This document shows, piece after piece, positions 20,852-29,694 of a stretch of DNA of 64,000 nt. The translations under genes and the position numbers were made by a program. Location: the IMG/VR virus record IMGVR_UViG_3300027612_000005, positions 1,043-65,042 of that record. The stretch is one strand, 5' to 3'. The stretch is from a virus. Its lineage: Duplodnaviria > Caudoviricetes. Under the pieces are notes generated by a model. It saw only the letters and a list, made by a program, of their open reading frames with translations. It searched no databases and had not been told where the DNA came from. How positions within the stretch are numbered: the first letter of the stretch is position 1; each line of letters begins with the position of its first letter.

Positions 20852-23800
20852 TTAGCCGTAAATCAGCGTCTGAATAAACGCTTCTTCTTCCATTTGGTCT
20901 TCTGAAATGCTTGCAAACTCACCTGCAGAAGTTCTCCATTCTGTTCCGATCCAGGTTTCAAGTTCTCCACTATCTGTGTTTACTCTTGTTTGACCTAATA
21001 CTGGATTTGTAGGTCTCGATGCTGTATTACCTGTTGGAAATTTAACTGCCGAATCTCCTTCAAATACAATCCAGCCATTGCCGGTTCCGGCAATCTCTAT
21101 TGTAGAGTCTGTTAATGTATTTGAAATAGTTTCTTCTTTTAAAATTAAACCTTCTACATTTAATTCGCCCGTGCCGTCTGTTCTTAATTCTAAATCTGAA
21201 TTGGAGTTGTTTGTAGAAATTGAAGTGTTATCTAAAAGAATGTCGTCAATTTCAAGTCCGTTAACATATAAACTAGTAGAATCTAAAGATGCTACTTCGG
21301 TTTCGTCTACAATAAATGAAATAGTATTGTTTACAGGATGTGCAGAAATAGTAGTTTTTCTGTCTTCAGAATAAACTCCACCTAGCGTTATCGTCGAAGT
21401 ATTATATCCTTCAAAGACATTTTCACCTAAATTAAATCTTAAATCTCCTTGACCATTTATTCGTTGTCCTGTAGTACCTGAAGGTAATTTTAATGCTCCA
21501 GTAGAGTTGAATATAAAGTCTTCTCCTGGAACAAATGTAATATCAGGAGTAGTGCTGTCTAGCAATGCTCTAGTACTAATACTGTCATTTGAAAATTCTA
21601 AATTCTGTGTATAAACACTACTAGTACCATTAGCTCTTAGTTCTAAGTTAGAGTTAGAATTTGTTGTTGTAATAACATTTTCAAATAACTGTATATCTGT
21701 ACTAAGTTCAATAGTATCTAATTCAATAGTATTTCGAACAATTATTGTTTCGATATCATTTAAAGATTCTGCTGTAAGATTTTTTTCAATAACAACATTG
21801 TTGTTAGATACTAACACATTTCCAGTGCCTGCAGAACGCAACTCTAAATCTGCATCACTTGTAGTTGTTGTAATTACGTTGCCATCGAACAGTATTTCTT
21901 CTAGCTGTACTTGACTACTTACATCTAAATCGCCGTCAACTACAAAATTAACAACACTTAAATTGTTGCTTACGCTGTAATTACCAGTTTGTGTTATTGA
22001 ACCTGTTATAGACACATTGTCATTAATAATAGTTTCGCCGTTTACTGTTAAATCTTGCGATATATTAACATCGTTAGATTCAATAACAATATCACCAATA
22101 CCGTTTGCTCTAAGATCTAAATCTGCATTAGATATTTTTGTACTGATAAAATTATCGTCTATTTCAATTATACTCGGCGGTATAACAATTTCGTTTAGGA
22201 CAATATCTGCATTAATGTTTATGTCGCCAGTTGTAATACTTGCAGCAAATAAATTTCCGTCTACAATAACATTTTCGTCAAATACTACATTTCCAGTTCC
22301 ACTAGCACGTAATTCTAAATCGCTATTAGTAGCAGTAGTTGTAATAAAATTATCTTCGATGCGTATATCTTCAAACTGTGCTTGAGAATCTACAGATAAA
22401 TTACCTTCAACTGCAAAGTTTTCAGTAACAGTTAGGCTACCGTCTTGTACGTTTCCTTGAAGTGTTAAATTACCATTAATTGTTAACGTACCTTGGTATG
22501 TTAGTGTTCCTTCAACAAAAAGATTGTTGTTAATAGTAAGTGTGTCGCTTGTGTCAATTACTACTTCACCTGTGCCATTAGCACGTAATTCTAAATCCGA
22601 GTTAGAATTTGTAGTGGTAATAAAGTTATCTTCAATTAAAACATTGCCGTTTGTAAATTCGCCAGCAACATCTAAATTACCCGTTTGTGTAGTATTACCT
22701 ACGTGTGTTAACGTACCGGTAATTGCAGTACCTTGTAGAGTCGTTAATCCGCTTACAGTTAAATCTTGTGTTATCTTAACATCGTTAGCATCAACATTAA
22801 TATCACCTGTTGCGCCTAGTATTAAATTACTTGAAGTAGTTGAAATAAAGTTATCTTCAACATAAACATTGTCAACTGTTAGTTCACCGTTTAACGTGTG
22901 AGTATACGGCAGTTGTTCAATTGCATATATCTTTTGTGTAGAGCCACTACCGTAATAGTTGCTTATAAGACTACTACCTTGCCCTATATATTCTCCTACC
23001 TTATATCTAAATGAATTGCCGTTTCTATTTCCATCGACAATATCCCCTGTTGTCATTTCTGCAGCAGGTTGATATCTTGCTACTTCTACATTATCAAATA
23101 CAAATATATTATATCTGCCGCTGAAGCCAGCTCTTCCTGTAACGAAAAAGAATCTAGGACTGAAAATATCAGCTCCTTGGAACTGTTCACCAAAAGGTCC
23201 TGCTCCTGGATTTTCAATTCTATTACCAGTATGTGCTAACGTACCAGTAATTGTAGTGTCTTGTAAATTTGTATCTGTGTTTACAGTTAAGTTGTTGTTT
23301 ATTTGTAAATTATTATTAGGTATTAAAACTTCGCCGGTGCCACTAGCACGTATTTCTAGATCCGAGTTAGAATTAGTTGCAGTAATAAAGTTATCTTCGA
23401 ATAATATATTGCTATTAGAAATTTCGCCAGCAATTTCAAAATTGCCTGTTTGCGTTCTATTACCTATATGAGTTAATGTACCAGTAATGCTTGTATTCTG
23501 TAAAGAAGTACCATCAAATCTTGGTCTAATTGTAACAGTAATATCAAACGATGAGAACCCATTTGCTAAAGTTGGAATATCAATTACTGCTTCTTCTCTG
23601 TCAATACTATTCCAAGACGTTAGAGTAAACGGATAATCAATACCTGAGGATGTTATAATACCGGCATCGCCAGGTTCAAGTGTTTGTATTGCTATCCAGG
23701 TAGCTGAACTAGGTTCTCCTGTAAGTAGTAGTGCATCTCCAAATAAATCTTTTTGTATAGCAGCTTCGCCGCCGCCGAACGTACTTGTAACTACGCCATC

Positions 23801-26449
23801 GTTTGCTGCGCCGCCTGTACCGTTAACTGTTAAGTCTTGCCCGAATGTAACATTGTTATTTGGTATAACTATATTACCTGTACCACTAGAACGTAGTTCT
23901 AAGTCAGCATTTAGCGTATTGCTAGAAAAATAATTTCCTTGGATATCAACACTCGATACATCAGCAGTACCAAATTCAACAGTAGTTGTTATTGTTGTAT
24001 TATTATTTGATGTTATATCGTCTGCTGACAAATTATTGTTTATTTGTACATCGTTATTAGGTATTAAAATATTACCTGTGCCATTAGCACGTAGCTCTAA
24101 ATTTGCATTTGTGCTAGTTGTAGTAATAAAATTATCGTCAAATAATATTTCTTCAAATTGTGCAGATTGAGATATATCAATATCTTGATTAATAATTGCT
24201 GTTGTAGAATTTATTGTTATAGGATTAGGTATGCTTACATTGTTTGGATTAAGATTTCCGTCGATGTTTACTGTAGTAAAAGTAGAAATACCATTTACTG
24301 TTAAATTATTACTAAATGTTGCAGTATTTGGAACTAGTAGATTTCCTGTTCCGTTGGCACGTAATTCTAAATTGCTGTTAGAGTCTTTAGTTGTTATTAC
24401 ATTATCAAAAACATTTACATTGTCTACATCAATTTCTGATAACCAAATATTACTCCACTGCTTTGTAGCAGATCCTAAGTTAAAGTTTGAATCAGAATGA
24501 GGATTAAAATTTTGATCTAAATTAACATTAAATTCTATTAAGTCAGTAGGCTGATTACCTAATAAGTTTAACGACCCGTCAAAACTTAAATTGCCTGTAA
24601 TATCTAAGTTTTGTGTAATTGAAGTGTCGGCTGTAATATTAATATCAGCTGCTGAAGTAAAGTTTAAATTGTCTGTTGTTGATCCTACAGTGTTTGCAAA
24701 AAATCTAACATTTCCAGTTTGTACTTTACTAACATCTATAATAGTTTTATCGCTGCCATCTACAATTTCTATATTTGTAATAGCATCTGCAGATATATCA
24801 TCTGCATTTAGCGTTGTTGATCCTGTTTCAAAATCAACAAAGAAATTATCACCTACTCTAAATGCACCTGTATGATCGGTTGTTACAAATTGTATTCTGC
24901 CAGAATTTAGTTCAACAACTTCGTTGTCTTGATTTACCAAACTAACATCGTTTTCTTTGTCTTTTCCAGTTCCGATGTATGCTAAATTATGTTGTATCAA
25001 ATACATCAATGTATCAGAACCATCTGCAACAGCACCATAGTTTCCGTATACACTTGCAGAACCTATTGATCGTATTTCTGCACCGTAAATTACTGTACTT
25101 CCGTCTGGACTTGTTCTACCTGTTACTCCATTTATAGCATACAAACCTCTGTTAGCAAAATATGTAAACGAGTTTAGCCATTCAACTCTAACACCGTTTG
25201 TCATTGTAAGAGCATCTACGCCGGGCGTGATAAAAGTAACTGAGTGGAACAGCATACTAGCATCGACACTTGCACTATCTAATTCTGCTCCGTCTACTAA
25301 CGCACCTTTACCTGCATCACCTTCGTCAAATCCTCTTGGATCACTTACACTTGTAGTACTACCTTGAGTAATTACTGTACAATTTTGTACATATGGGGAC
25401 CTTGTTGATATTACGCCTCCGGGTGCAAATCTAAACGCATAACCTTTATCGTTTATGCTGTCATAGAAGAAATCCTTAATTGTTAAATTTGATATAGTGG
25501 CTTCGCCATTAAGATGAAATACATCTTCGCTTTGATATGCTGTTGAGGGTTTTATAATTACATTTCTTACATCTTCGCCTACAATTGAAACATCCGGTGG
25601 AACTACTAGAGGCAAATCTTCTTGATATTCTCCCGGGGCAACATATATAGAAACTGGACCAGCTGTACTTGAGTCTGCACGAGACAATGCTTCTTTAATA
25701 GACGATAACGGAGCAAGTATATGATCACCGACATTGCTATCATTGCCGTTTACTGCAACATAAAATTGATTTCCGTGTTTTAGATTATAACTAACACCAC
25801 CTGCTAAAACAGTGTCAGTTATAATTAATTCACCGTTTAATCTTTCAATATATGCATTATTCCATTTTTTTGTTGATGATCCTAAATCAAATAATCCGTC
25901 GGCATCGGGATTTATATCGCTAGTAATGTCGCTTTCGAATGTAATAGTGTCTACAGTGCTATCGTCGCCGAAAGTTATGCTTCCATCAAATGTAATATTT
26001 CCAGTAGCATCTATATTTCCAAATACTTCTAAATCACTTTGAACATCTAATATACCAGAGCCGTTAGGGACTATATCTATATCAGAATTGCTTACAGTAG
26101 TAGATATAATGTTATCGTTAACTTTTATAGTTCCGTTGTCTAATGTTGATAAAACAACTGCTTCTTGTGCATCGAGAAATATATCTCCTATAAATGCACT
26201 AAAGGTACTGTCAGTTATATTGAACCCAGGAGTAGTTGCTGGTCCGGAAATTAAAGTTGTTGTTCGAGTTGTTCCGAGAACATCAAGTTCTCTAGTAGGA
26301 GTTCCATTATTGACGCCTATTTTTCCAGTGTTAACATCTATATATAATAACTGCGTTGTGCTTAGGTCATTACGAAATGCAAGATCTATCCCGTTTCTTT
26401 CAAGATTTGCGTAAAGTAATGGCCCGGATATTCTACCAACTTGTGCCAA
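20852..26449 (-). CDS. Long tail-fibre-like protein (1865 aa), paralog of 15252-20696; TTG start
   Basis: Same GRISGPLL..NL.RNGIDLAF N-terminus and SNSDLELRANGTG repeats; AGGAG RBS before TTG. Confidence 0.7.
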   Translation of the reverse strand: MAQVGRISGPLLYANLERNGIDLAFRNDLSTTQLLYIDVNTGKIGVNNGTPTRELDVLGTTRTTTLISGPATTPGFNITDSTFSAFIGDIFLDAQEAVVLSTLDNGTIKVNDNIISTTVSNSDIDIVPNGSGILDVQSDLEVFGNIDATGNITFDGSITFGDDSTVDTITFESDITSDINPDADGLFDLGSSTKKWNNAYIERLNGELIITDTVLAGGVSYNLKHGNQFYVAVNGNDSNVGDHILAPLSSIKEALSRADSSTAGPVSIYVAPGEYQEDLPLVVPPDVSIVGEDVRNVIIKPSTAYQSEDVFHLNGEATISNLTIKDFFYDSINDKGYAFRFAPGGVISTRSPYVQNCTVITQGSTTSVSDPRGFDEGDAGKGALVDGAELDSASVDASMLFHSVTFITPGVDALTMTNGVRVEWLNSFTYFANRGLYAINGVTGRTSPDGSTVIYGAEIRSIGSASVYGNYGAVADGSDTLMYLIQHNLAYIGTGKDKENDVSLVNQDNEVVELNSGRIQFVTTDHTGAFRVGDNFFVDFETGSTTLNADDISADAITNIEIVDGSDKTIIDVSKVQTGNVRFFANTVGSTTDNLNFTSAADINITADTSITQNLDITGNLSFDGSLNLLGNQPTDLIEFNVNLDQNFNPHSDSNFNLGSATKQWSNIWLSEIDVDNVNVFDNVITTKDSNSNLELRANGTGNLLVPNTATFSNNLTVNGISTFTTVNIDGNLNPNNVSIPNPITINSTTAIINQDIDISQSAQFEEILFDDNFITTTSTNANLELRANGTGNILIPNNDVQINNNLSADDITSNNNTTITTTVEFGTADVSSVDIQGNYFSSNTLNADLELRSSGTGNIVIPNNNVTFGQDLTVNGTGGAANDGVVTSTFGGGEAAIQKDLFGDALLLTGEPSSATWIAIQTLEPGDAGIITSSGIDYPFTLTSWNSIDREEAVIDIPTLANGFSSFDITVTIRPRFDGTSLQNTSITGTLTHIGNRTQTGNFEIAGEISNSNILFEDNFITATNSNSDLEIRASGTGEVLIPNNNLQINNNLTVNTDTNLQDTTITGTLAHTGNRIENPGAGPFGEQFQGADIFSPRFFFVTGRAGFSGRYNIFVFDNVEVARYQPAAEMTTGDIVDGNRNGNSFRYKVGEYIGQGSSLISNYYGSGSTQKIYAIEQLPYTHTLNGELTVDNVYVEDNFISTTSSNLILGATGDINVDANDVKITQDLTVSGLTTLQGTAITGTLTHVGNTTQTGNLDVAGEFTNGNVLIEDNFITTTNSNSDLELRANGTGEVVIDTSDTLTINNNLFVEGTLTYQGTLTINGNLTLQGNVQDGSLTVTENFAVEGNLSVDSQAQFEDIRIEDNFITTTATNSDLELRASGTGNVVFDENVIVDGNLFAASITTGDININADIVLNEIVIPPSIIEIDDNFISTKISNADLDLRANGIGDIVIESNDVNISQDLTVNGETIINDNVSITGSITQTGNYSVSNNLSVVNFVVDGDLDVSSQVQLEEILFDGNVITTTTSDADLELRSAGTGNVLVSNNNVVIEKNLTAESLNDIETIIVRNTIELDTIELSTDIQLFENVITTTNSNSNLELRANGTSSVYTQNLEFSNDSISTRALLDSTTPDITFVPGEDFIFNSTGALKLPSGTTGQRINGQGDLRFNLGENVFEGYNTSTITLGGVYSEDRKTTISAHPVNNTISFIVDETEVASLDSTSLYVNGLEIDDILLDNTSISTNNSNSDLELRTDGTGELNVEGLILKEETISNTLTDSTIEIAGTGNGWIVFEGDSAVKFPTGNTASRPTNPVLGQTRVNTDSGELETWIGTEWRTSAGEFASISEDQMEEEAFIQTLIYG

Positions 26450-26468
26450 GGTCGTCTCCTATTTTATG

Positions 26469-26476
26469 TATTTATA
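26469..26476 (-). promoter_or_regulatory. Late promoter TATAAATA (perfect T4 consensus)
   Basis: Exact TATAAATA 20 nt upstream of the 1865-aa gene; gp55 is encoded in the window. Confidence 0.7.
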
Positions 26477-26480
26477 GGAA

Positions 26481-27152
26481 TTACTTGTCAAAATTATGTA
26501 GTACTGTAATAGGTTTTGCTAGGTCAGGTGCTGACGTAAATTGTAGATAATATCCAGTTTCTCTAACAGTACCGTCTCCTCCGGAGTCAATACCAGTAGC
26601 AGTAAATACAGTATCAGGATTATTATCTGCTGCTCCAAGAGTTGTAAAATCACTGGTACCTTGTGTAATAATATAATATTCAGTTCCTGGTACTAAAGAA
26701 CCATCATTAATTTCTGCCCCCGAATTTGAAGCAGCGGGATTTTGAGACATTGAATAATTTGTAGTTGATATTTGAAATACGTTTTCAACAAACACAAGAA
26801 TACTTTGTGCCGAAACTGGACTAGGGTATTCAGGATCGTTGCTGTCGAGAGGCCCAAAAATTACTGAACTAGCATCTCCATTACCTAAGTTTTGTTGTGT
26901 AATACCTACACTTACAGGCGCAATTCCTCTAACGCCTGACCAAGCGCCTGCTTCATATATTTCAAATCTATCGTCTTCAGTATTATATCGAAAATGTCCG
27001 TTAACTGGTGAACTAGGACGCTGTGCTGTTGTGCCCTTAGGGACAAGTACGGTATTAGTACTATCGATAATAACTTGATCATTAATATCATATTTTACGC
27101 CTTTACCGTAAATATTACGTAAATTTGTATTTTGTGCTTTTAACAGTCTCAT
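26481..27152 (-). CDS. Fibre-associated structural protein (223 aa)
   Basis: Contains VPKGTTAQRPSSPVNGHFRYNTEDDRFEIYEAGAW, the same motif as the fibre C-termini. Confidence 0.6.
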   Translation of the reverse strand: MRLLKAQNTNLRNIYGKGVKYDINDQVIIDSTNTVLVPKGTTAQRPSSPVNGHFRYNTEDDRFEIYEAGAWSGVRGIAPVSVGITQQNLGNGDASSVIFGPLDSNDPEYPSPVSAQSILVFVENVFQISTTNYSMSQNPAASNSGAEINDGSLVPGTEYYIITQGTSDFTTLGAADNNPDTVFTATGIDSGGDGTVRETGYYLQFTSAPDLAKPITVLHNFDK

Positions 27153-27494
27153 TTATACTTCCAGATAACTTACTGTTGCTGCTAAATTAGTTAATGCACT
27201 ACCAATATCAGGTTCAGCAACAAATGATACAATATCGCCTTCTTCTAAAACAATTTTTTCAGTGTCAAATGTAAATGTTTCACCTGCCGGTAAGGATAAT
27301 TCATTTACTACCAGTGTTACTTTATTGTCTTTAACTCCACCTAAGCTACTAGGTATAAGGTGCAAGTCAAAACTTGCACTATTCGCAGAATCTGTATTAC
27401 AAACTAGTATGTTGGTAATAGCATAGCTTTTACCTGCCGGTACTGTTAGAATATCTAGTTGTGTTGTTGTTAGTTGTGCATTTACTATAGCCAT
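27153..27494 (-). CDS. Small (113 aa) virion-associated protein, paralog of 580-918
   Basis: LDILTVPAGKSYAITNILVCN motif. Confidence 0.6.
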   Translation of the reverse strand: MAIVNAQLTTTQLDILTVPAGKSYAITNILVCNTDSANSASFDLHLIPSSLGGVKDNKVTLVVNELSLPAGETFTFDTEKIVLEEGDIVSFVAEPDIGSALTNLAATVSYLEV

Positions 27495-27506
27495 ACTTTT
27501 TTACCT

Positions 27507-28823
27507 TTAAAATATCATACTAAACAGTAGTGCTCTGTTTTTAGCAATTAATTCATCTCTCTGTTCGTTACTATTTACAAAATATATTCCTGAATCACCA
27601 GTAGTCCCGGCACTAAATCCACTTGAATCAGCAGCAGATAATGTGTAAATTTTTACACCTTCGTTTGGTGCAAGTGGTAAAGAGTTTGGATCACTATCCC
27701 ACGGTGTAGGTGTAAGTTCTAGTACATCCTTAACTTTAATAGATCCTGCTCCCGGAGCAGCTAGAACTAAATCTGCATTACTTACTGTTGAACTAATTTC
27801 AGTATCTTGAATTTTTATTCCGTCAAGTTCAATTCTATTACTATAGAAATTTGCTGTGTTGCTTCCTTCAACATCTATAGCTATTCTACTCTCAATAAAG
27901 CCTGTTTTTTCAACAGTTCCTGATCCAGAAACATAATTTGACTTTGTTCCTCCAGAAGTGTCTACTGCTACTTTAAAACTATTAGCTGAAGAAATTTCTG
28001 TTATTGTAATATTATTTCCGTTAAGATTTTCAATCGGATCTCCTGCACTTGATACTCCAGAAATATCTACAGTATCACTTACTACAAAGCCGTGTTGTCC
28101 TGTAGTTACAATTGTTGTAGTAGACCCGCCTGGATCAATATCAGCAATACTAGAAAGAGAATGCACTTCATCAATAACTTCTATACTCGAATTACCTTCT
28201 GCAATAGCAGAAAACGTTGGATTTGCAAGTGTATAATCAACATAATCTTTAACTGCTTTTGCATTTGGAATATTATCATCGTCTATAACTACAGATCCAT
28301 TAGCATCTGGTACAACAACGCCTCCTGAATAATTCCATACGTTTTCTTCATAGTTGTTAGTTCCAGTAACACTAATTGTACCTGCTCCAGTACTAACGTA
28401 CAAAGTTCCTCCGGCAACAATACCTGGAGTAGCAATCGGAAGTTTATCTCCGTTTTCTCTTTCAGCGTAAAATGTTCCAGTTCCGTTAGTTCCGCCTAAT
28501 GTCCAAGAAACTTGTTCGTCGTAAATCCATCTAACATCAGGTAGCGATCCTCTTTCAATTTCTATACCTGATTTATAACCTAACGATGCCGGAATACCTG
28601 AGTAATTTGCATCACCTAGATCTATACTTGGAACATTTAATCTTAAAATATTGTCTTTAATTTCAACATCTGTAGATCTTACAGTTGAGGTTGTACCTTT
28701 AATTTCTAAGTTCCCAGTAATAATAGTAGTACCTGTTAGGTCGCCAGTATCTAAGGTGATTGTTCCACCGCTTTGTACTGCTACTTTATAATTACTGTTA
28801 TATACTTTTACGACTTTTGACAT
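27507..28823 (-). CDS. Putative structural/fibre protein (438 aa)
   Basis: ORF track; beta-rich G/T/S composition, SGIEIERG and PNAKAVKDYVD motifs seen in phage fibre proteins. Confidence 0.55.
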   Translation of the reverse strand: MSKVVKVYNSNYKVAVQSGGTITLDTGDLTGTTIITGNLEIKGTTSTVRSTDVEIKDNILRLNVPSIDLGDANYSGIPASLGYKSGIEIERGSLPDVRWIYDEQVSWTLGGTNGTGTFYAERENGDKLPIATPGIVAGGTLYVSTGAGTISVTGTNNYEENVWNYSGGVVVPDANGSVVIDDDNIPNAKAVKDYVDYTLANPTFSAIAEGNSSIEVIDEVHSLSSIADIDPGGSTTTIVTTGQHGFVVSDTVDISGVSSAGDPIENLNGNNITITEISSANSFKVAVDTSGGTKSNYVSGSGTVEKTGFIESRIAIDVEGSNTANFYSNRIELDGIKIQDTEISSTVSNADLVLAAPGAGSIKVKDVLELTPTPWDSDPNSLPLAPNEGVKIYTLSAADSSGFSAGTTGDSGIYFVNSNEQRDELIAKNRALLFSMIF

Positions 28824-28839
28824 TAGTTAAACCTTAAGT

Positions 28840-28861
28840 TATAGGAGCCGAAGCTCCTATA
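28840..28861 (-). promoter_or_regulatory. Intercistronic hairpin with C(UUCG)G tetraloop
   Basis: TATAGGAGC-TTCG-GCTCCTATA perfect 9-bp stem on the minus strand; no U-tract, so more likely an RNA stability/processing hairpin than a terminator. Confidence 0.65.
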
Positions 28862-28863
28862 TA

Positions 28864-29277
28864 TTATATAGCTGTTAGTACCAGTATGTTAGAAGTTGAA
28901 TCGTCTTGTATTTCCCAAGTATAACGATTGTTATCAAAATCAATCATTGTACGGTTTTGTACTTTACGAATATTTACAGCACTTTCGCCATCTATAAAGC
29001 CCTGTAGAATCATTTCATTATCGCCGATATTATCAAAAGTTTTGTCTACTAGTGTACATACACCCCTGTTTACAGATCCGGCGCCTCCACCGTTGTCGTC
29101 ATTGTCCGGTGCGTCAGCTACATTAAATTTTGTTTCTGAACGTTGTGATAAAATGATACCTAATGTTTTCGCTGTGTTTGATCCAACCTTTACCATTACT
29201 GATAGATTTTCTTCGCCTGTGCGATCACTGCCATCTTTTGTTGTACCAAAGTATCTTTTGTTTAGTGGTCTTCCCAT
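28864..29277 (-). CDS. Hypothetical protein (137 aa), probably virion/head-associated
   Basis: ORF track; AAGGAG RBS; own upstream ATAAATA at 29374-29380. Confidence 0.6.
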   Translation of the reverse strand: MGRPLNKRYFGTTKDGSDRTGEENLSVMVKVGSNTAKTLGIILSQRSETKFNVADAPDNDDNGGGAGSVNRGVCTLVDKTFDNIGDNEMILQGFIDGESAVNIRKVQNRTMIDFDNNRYTWEIQDDSTSNILVLTAI

Positions 29278-29385
29278 GATTATTTCTCCTTTGTTTTAAT
29301 CATCGCCGTTCTAGGGTCTACGCGGTGGATTTCCGCATAAGTCTTGTTTTATCAAGCACCTATTTGACATATGTATTTATCAAAT

Positions 29386-29414
29386 AAGAAAAAAGCCCGC
29401 ACTGTGCGGGCTTT
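29386..29414 (-). terminator. Rho-independent terminator downstream of pqqA
   Basis: AAAGCCCGCA-cag-TGCGGGCTTT stem followed by a U-run on the minus strand. Confidence 0.8.
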
Positions 29415-29472
29415 GTTTATTCGCAATCTAATGTTTCTATTAGTTTGCTCATATCTACTTCTAATTCAGAAT

Positions 29473-29544
29473 CTACTTGTTCATTACATACATTGTTACT
29501 TCGAATCCGAATCTCATCTCTGTTGCTGTCGGTGTTGTCCACAT
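29473..29544 (-). CDS. pqqA: Coenzyme PQQ precursor peptide PqqA (23 aa, MWTTPTATEMRFGFEVTMYVMNK)
   Basis: Not in ORF track. Manual translation; AAGGAG RBS at 29551-29556; conserved E-x-x-x-Y (EVTMY) whose Glu and Tyr form PQQ; matches the MW..P......FGFEVT.Y family pattern. Confidence 0.92.
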   Translation of the reverse strand: MWTTPTATEMRFGFEVTMYVMNK

Positions 29545-29643
29545 ACTGTACTCCTTAAATTAAGTTAATAAAATTGTACTGCAATACTATTTAAACATAT
29601 TTAGAAGCAAAAGTCATACGTAAAATCATTAAAGTTTAGTCAT

Positions 29644-29670
29644 AAAAAAGGGCGACCTAAGCCGCCCTTT
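29644..29670 (-). terminator. Rho-independent terminator after the major capsid gene
   Basis: AAAGGGCGGC-ttag-GTCGCCCTTTTTT on the minus strand, 25 nt after the MCP stop. Confidence 0.85.
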
Positions 29671-29694
29671 AATTGCTTTACAACTAGTGTAATA

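Noticed and set aside
15252-26449. CRISPR array or DGR template/variable repeats
   Set aside because: The repeats are in-frame coding units with irregular spacing and synonymous changes that are not adenine-specific; no cas or reverse transcriptase gene is in the window.
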